Assembly (NCBI GenBank): GCA_964619725.1
Contig: CAZUFC010000023.1
Coordinates: 14,487-78,486 of the forward strand
Length of the DNA: 64,000 bases
From: an uncultured bacterium
Lineage (GTDB): Bacteria > CSSED10-310 > CAZUFC01
Reading direction: 5' to 3'
A program made the translations under genes and the position numbers. The notes beneath the pieces are model-generated. The model made no database searches. It was not told the DNA's origin and was given only the letters and a program-made list of their open reading frames with translations. Below, piece after piece: positions 59,351 through 64,000 of the stretch. Position 1 is the first letter of the stretch. Each line of letters begins with the position of its first letter.

Positions 59351-59887
59351 ATGAAGTTAGTTAAGACATGTTTGGTTCTGAGTTTGATGATCATTTTCGG
59401 ATTGTCCGGATGCTGGTATCAAATGGACGACGACGAAAACGGCGTAGGTCCTGACGGCACGGGAGTGCAAGGCGTATGGCTTACGACGCGTGTCGTGCCT
59501 TCCACGCTTTCTGCTGATGGAGTCGCAAAGGCAACGCTTGAGCTTAGATTCAGAAACCTGGAAGATGGAACGGGAGTTCCCAACGCCAAATTCTATATTT
59601 CATTATGGCAAATGGCGGGAGGGGCTTACGCAGTACTGCCGCACGACGTCGCTTATTTCACGGATACCAATTCCAGCCGTTCCATTATCGGACCTACGGA
59701 TGATTCCGGATTGGCTTACGCAAGCATTCAAACTTCGGATGCCTGGGCCAATCCAGATACCTGGGAAGACGTAGACCAGGTTGATTGTATCGTCTTCGTC
59801 GAACCCATCGAACCTTGGGACCGCAGTGACATCTTCTACGAAATGAAGGACACCACAGTCTTTATCGTGGTCAATCCTTATCTGTAA
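59351..59887 (+). CDS. Hypothetical lipoprotein with a Big_1/invasin-like Ig motif
   Basis: Lipobox LSGC; P..L.ADG...A, G..VPN and TD..G.A motifs; AGGAG RBS. Confidence 0.8.
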   Translation: MKLVKTCLVLSLMIIFGLSGCWYQMDDDENGVGPDGTGVQGVWLTTRVVPSTLSADGVAKATLELRFRNLEDGTGVPNAKFYISLWQMAGGAYAVLPHDVAYFTDTNSSRSIIGPTDDSGLAYASIQTSDAWANPDTWEDVDQVDCIVFVEPIEPWDRSDIFYEMKDTTVFIVVNPYL

Positions 59888-59939
59888 TCTCTCATGAAGT
59901 CTTAAAACTGTCCAATTCAGGACTTCTAGAAGAAAAATC

Positions 59940-59972
59940 AACAAGGGGAAAACGGAACGTTTTCCCCTTGTT
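59940..59972. terminator. Hairpin closing the pilM operon
   Basis: AACAAGGGGAAAACG-GAA-CGTTTTCCCCTTGTT, a perfect 15-bp stem. Confidence 0.65.
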
Positions 59973-59981
59973 CGCATCATA

Positions 59982-60569
59982 ATGAAAAAAAATCTTAGAA
60001 ACATACAAAAAAAAATTCGGTATTATCGCAAGAAAAAAGAAAAAAATGAGGACGCCGACTCATATATGAAACTGGCGGTCCTGCATCGGAAAATAGGCGA
60101 AAACGAAGAGGCAATTGATACGCTGAAAGAAGCCGTCCGCAATAATCCAGAAAAGCACTCCTTGAAAATTCGTCTGGCTGAATGGCTGGGGCAGGAAGAA
60201 AGATGGGAGGAAGCGCTGGAATATATGCCGGACCCCGATGATCAACCCGTGCTCAGAAAAAATTGGCCCTATCTGATGGCATTGAGCGCTGTACACCTGG
60301 AACTGGAGAATTACGATAAAGCGGAAGAATTGTTGAATCAAGCCTCTGTGATGGAGCCTGATAATGCGAAAATAAAAAGTTTGATGACTTCTCTGAAAGA
60401 AGAAAAGCAGGAAGCAAACGGCATCAACACTGGTTACCTGGCTCAAATTTATTATGAACAGGGTGCGAGCTCTAAAGCCCTGAGGATGTGTCGCCGCGTT
60501 TTGAGAGAAAACGCGAAAGACGATAGGGCCAGGGAATTGATGAAAAAACTGAACGTTTCCAGGACATGA
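59982..60569 (+). CDS. TPR protein
   Basis: TPR-like helices LA...G..EEA...L..A....P and C-terminal LAQIYYEQG. Confidence 0.8.
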   Translation: MKKNLRNIQKKIRYYRKKKEKNEDADSYMKLAVLHRKIGENEEAIDTLKEAVRNNPEKHSLKIRLAEWLGQEERWEEALEYMPDPDDQPVLRKNWPYLMALSAVHLELENYDKAEELLNQASVMEPDNAKIKSLMTSLKEEKQEANGINTGYLAQIYYEQGASSKALRMCRRVLRENAKDDRARELMKKLNVSRT

Positions 60570-60621
60570 GTTTTGTTCATTCGTTTCGTCAAAACGGCTG
60601 AAGAACAGAGGGAAAGGCTGC

Positions 60622-61104
60622 ATGAAAGATCAAACGGAAGATTCAAAGGCATGTCGAATTCTGGTTTTACACGGTCCTAATTTAAATCTGCTCGGAGAGA
60701 GAAACCAAAGCATCTACGGCAAGACCACCTTGAATGAACTTAATGACAATCTGAAAAAAATCGGCTTACGAAAGGGATGCATGGTTGATACGGAGCAATC
60801 CAATTCTGAATCAAGAATTATCGATTTGATTCAGGAGCGAAGGAAGATCATTGACGGGCTGATAATCAATCCTGCAGCTTTAACGCATACCAGCGTGGCT
60901 TTGAGAGATGCCCTCGAAATTCTGGATGTCCCGATCATTGAGGTCCATATCAGCAATCCTTACAGCCGGGAGCCGTTCAGGCGCAGGTCATTAATCGCGG
61001 ACATAGCATCCGGTCGCATCATGGGTCTGGGCGTGATGGGTTATTATTATGCGCTGGAGGCTTTGCTGGGCAGGCTGGACAAAAGTTCCCCCAGCAAGGA
61101 GTAA
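60622..61104 (+). CDS. aroQ: Type II 3-dehydroquinate dehydratase
   Basis: LHGPNLNLLG.R...IYG, QSN.E, NPAA.THTSVALRDA and EVHISN...RE.FR motifs. Confidence 0.96.
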   Translation: MKDQTEDSKACRILVLHGPNLNLLGERNQSIYGKTTLNELNDNLKKIGLRKGCMVDTEQSNSESRIIDLIQERRKIIDGLIINPAALTHTSVALRDALEILDVPIIEVHISNPYSREPFRRRSLIADIASGRIMGLGVMGYYYALEALLGRLDKSSPSKE

Positions 61105-61390
61105 GTCATGTTTCAGAGCGTCACAGATTGTCAGGATTACACGGAAATAATACTTTAGGGAGATATGCCAGACCCCTGAAATATTGGCGCTCATTTTCTC
61201 CCTCCTCGGCTTTTGTACCCTTCTGACAGAAGGCGCCTCTGGTCAGACGGCGGATTATGCAGGAAATTCTCTTGACCTGAAAAGCGGTTTTGACATATAT
61301 TTATCTGGTTTTGCATATTTTTCCGGGGGTTGAAACGGAATAAAACGGCAAAAGATGCAAATTTGAAAGATTCAGTAAGGAGAACAACAA

Positions 61391-61954
61391 ATGTACAGCA
61401 CTTCTGATTTCAGAAACGGATTAAAGATCGAAATAAACGGCGATCCATATATAATCGTCGACTTTCAGCACGTCAAGCCGGGCAAAGGGGGCGCTTTTGT
61501 TCGAACACGATTAAAGAATCTGGAAACGGGCCAGGTATTGGACAGGACGTTCAAATCGGGCGAGAAGTTTAACGTGCCGGAGTTGGAGGAGCGAAAACTC
61601 CAATATTTATACAAGGACGACCAATTCTATCATTTTATGGATACGACCACATACGAGCAGGTGCCGGTAAGTCCAGTTCATGTTGGGGAAAATTCCGGAT
61701 TTTTGCCGGAGAACATAGAGGTTACGGCGCTTTTTTACAAGGATAAACCGATAACTTTTGAACTGCCGATATTCATAAATTTAGAAATTGTGGAAACGGA
61801 GCCGGGAGTAAAGGGAGACACGGCGACCGGAGCAGTGAAGCCGGCGAAGCTTAAGACGGGCTTGACGATACAGGTGCCTTTATTCATCAACGAAGGTGAT
61901 GTGGTTAAGATTGACACGAGGACCGGCGATTATATTGAAAGGGTCAGTTCATAA
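61391..61954 (+). CDS. efp: Elongation factor P
   Basis: HVKPGKGGAFVR, PGVKGDT, VPLFI..G and DTR.G.Y..R motifs. Confidence 0.98.
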   Translation: MYSTSDFRNGLKIEINGDPYIIVDFQHVKPGKGGAFVRTRLKNLETGQVLDRTFKSGEKFNVPELEERKLQYLYKDDQFYHFMDTTTYEQVPVSPVHVGENSGFLPENIEVTALFYKDKPITFELPIFINLEIVETEPGVKGDTATGAVKPAKLKTGLTIQVPLFINEGDVVKIDTRTGDYIERVSS

Positions 61955-61985
61955 ACAATAATTTTCAAAGAAGAAGTAAAGAGAT

Positions 61986-62486
61986 ATGGATTTAGAACTA
62001 ATAAAAAATTTGATGGAATTGTTTGAAGAGAAGGGCTTGACTGAACTGGAGATAAAAGAGAAGGATTTTCGGATTAGGATGAGCAGGGGTGAGTTGGAGA
62101 GCAGGCTGCCTGCAGGGTCAACGGAATACATGAAGTCGACTCCGCCTGCAAGCAAGAGGGAGACTGAGGGGAAGGTAACCGAAGGAAAGGAAGACGTTGT
62201 AAAGAGAGAAGAATCGAGCGATATTGAAGAGGACACGGGGGACCTGGTAACGGTATATTCGCCGATTGTGGGAACTTTTTACCGGTCTCCGGCCCCGGGT
62301 GAGCGTCCTTTCGTAGAAGAAAGCGATTATGTGCGAAAAGGCCAGGTATTATGCATCATTGAAGCGATGAAACTGATGAACGAAATTGAATCTGAATATG
62401 AGGGAACGATACATTCCATATTAGTGGAGAATTCTCAGCCGGTTGAATACGGGGAACCGCTTTTTTTAATAAAGGCAGCTTCGTAA
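61986..62486 (+). CDS. accB: Acetyl-CoA carboxylase biotin carboxyl carrier protein
   Basis: [11 protein letters not shown] and [11 protein letters not shown] biotinylation motif. Confidence 0.97.
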   Translation: MDLELIKNLMELFEEKGLTELEIKEKDFRIRMSRGELESRLPAGSTEYMKSTPPASKRETEGKVTEGKEDVVKREESSDIEEDTGDLVTVYSPIVGTFYRSPAPGERPFVEESDYVRKGQVLCIIEAMKLMNEIESEYEGTIHSILVENSQPVEYGEPLFLIKAAS

Positions 62487-63829
62487 TGTTCGATAAAATA
62501 CTGATCGCCAATCGAGGTGAGATAGCTTTACGGATCATACGCGCGTGCAAGGAGCTGGGAGTTAAGACAGTTGCGGTTTTTTCCGAACCGGATGTGGAGT
62601 CTCTGCATGTGCGTTTTGCTGATGAAGCTGTTTGCATAGGACCAGCGGAGAACAGGCAGAGTTATTTGAATGAAACGGCTATATTGAGCGCTGCAAGAAT
62701 AACCGGTGCTCAGGCTGTTCATCCCGGTTACGGTTTTCTCGCCGAAAGCGCTCATTTTGCGGAAGTATGTGAAGAATGCGGTATAAATTTCATTGGTCCT
62801 AAAGCGGGAACTATACGAGAGATGGGGGATAAGATAGCGGCTCGCAGCTTGATGAAGCAAGCGGGAGTGCCGGTGATACCGGGAAGCGGCGGTCCGGTGG
62901 AGTCGGTGGAAGAATGCCGGAAAATTGCGGCGAACATCGGGTATCCCTTACTGTTGAAAGCCGCTGCAGGCGGTGGCGGACGGGGCATACGCATAGTCAA
63001 AAAAAGCGATCAGCTTATTCAAGCGTTTCCCGCGGCCAAGAGAGAGGCAAAAATATTTTTCAACGACGACAGGATATATCTGGAAAAATTTTTAGCGTTC
63101 CCCAGGCATGTGGAAATTCAAATTATGGGTGACCGGCAAGGAAACATTATTCATTTCGGAGAACGAGACTGTTCTATCCAGCGACGTCATCAGAAAATTC
63201 TTGAAGAAGCCCCCTCTCCGGCTCTGGACGATAAAATCAGGAAAGATATGGGGCGTTTTGCTGTCTTGGCCGGCAAGACCATCAATTATGAAAACGCAGG
63301 TACGGTTGAGTTTCTGCTGCAACCTGACGGTGATTTTTACTTCATCGAAATGAATACGCGCATCCAGGTCGAGCATCCCGTCACGGAAATGACGACGGGC
63401 ATCAATCTCATCAAGCGCCAGATACTTGTTGCTGCTGGCGATTCTCTTCCCTGGAGGCAGCAAGACATCAAAATAAACGGACACAGCATCGAGTGCAGGA
63501 TTTGTGCTGAAGACCCTCGAACTTTTGCCCCCTCAACAGGAAGAATAACAGCCTTTAACCTCCCCGGGGGACTGGGCGTCAGGGTTGATACGTGCGCTTT
63601 CAGCGGTTACAGGGTGTTGCCGCATTATGATTCCATGCTGGCCAAGCTGATCGTTCATGGTGAAAATCGCGCGGAAGCCGTGCTGCGAATGAAGCGATGC
63701 CTGGAAGAGTTCATCATTGAAGGAATAGAAACCAACATTTCTTTTCATAAGAAAATAGTCAAAGAGACGCTTTTTAATTCAGGAGATTATTCCACAGATT
63801 ATTTGTCGGATTTGCAGAGATTTTTGTAA
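62486..63829 (+). CDS. accC: Acetyl-CoA carboxylase biotin carboxylase
   Basis: KILIANRGEIA, HPGYGFL, GGGGRG, ERDCSIQRRHQK, EMNTRIQVEHPVTE and YDSM motifs. Confidence 0.98.
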   Translation: MFDKILIANRGEIALRIIRACKELGVKTVAVFSEPDVESLHVRFADEAVCIGPAENRQSYLNETAILSAARITGAQAVHPGYGFLAESAHFAEVCEECGINFIGPKAGTIREMGDKIAARSLMKQAGVPVIPGSGGPVESVEECRKIAANIGYPLLLKAAAGGGGRGIRIVKKSDQLIQAFPAAKREAKIFFNDDRIYLEKFLAFPRHVEIQIMGDRQGNIIHFGERDCSIQRRHQKILEEAPSPALDDKIRKDMGRFAVLAGKTINYENAGTVEFLLQPDGDFYFIEMNTRIQVEHPVTEMTTGINLIKRQILVAAGDSLPWRQQDIKINGHSIECRICAEDPRTFAPSTGRITAFNLPGGLGVRVDTCAFSGYRVLPHYDSMLAKLIVHGENRAEAVLRMKRCLEEFIIEGIETNISFHKKIVKETLFNSGDYSTDYLSDLQRFL

Positions 63830-63830
63830 T

Positions 63831-63988
63831 TTTTGTCCATTTATCGTTCCGACTGTTCTTTCGCAGCGCCCAATTTTGATGAACAGCTGACAACGGCAAA
63901 TTCAATAATTCCAAGCCCTGTCCTGCATTAAATTTTGAATCGGGCTTCGAGTTTGTGGACAGACACTAACTAGTTTTTGTCCATAAAC
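63831..63988. repeat. MITE-like element, family B: one copy (63831-63963) plus the left end of another (63975-)
   Basis: TTTTGTCCAT...GTTTGTGGACAGA ends ~133 bp apart, followed by TTTTGTCCATAAAC. Confidence 0.55.
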
Positions 63989-64000
63989 GGCGAATTTTTC

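Overview
A 64-kb bacterial chromosome segment, apparently from a diderm organism since it encodes a PilQ secretin. No rRNA, tRNA, CRISPR array or transposase is visible. The right ~21 kb is housekeeping: yebC-ruvCAB-queA-tgt-yajC-secDF, a shortened Rel homologue, rpmB, pilMNOPQ plus two lipoproteins, aroQ, efp and accBC. The left ~35 kb is a cell-surface region with four large exported modular proteins (916, 1595, 1002 and 692 aa), three GT-C/TMTC-type membrane glycosyltransferases, apbE and a sigma-54 activator. Two good sigma-54 promoter matches lie nearby. The strongest candidate for an undescribed system is a ~110-aa C-terminal domain with motifs Y[YF]xPG[DE], L[DE]xYGxY, FxWP and a terminal FxYGx-stop. 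It occurs three times here on unrelated passengers and looks like a lineage-specific secretion or surface-sorting tag; that function is inference. Other items worth a second look are an AT-rich DUF6338-like gene with a G[YF]QP-repeat peptide, a pilT-coupled RsbW-STAS/RsbU partner-switch module, a hydrolase-dead C-terminally short Rel, a split LKR/SDH pair, two dispersed MITE-like repeat families, and a candidate four-way-junction leader RNA. All family calls come from motif recognition by eye; no searches were run.
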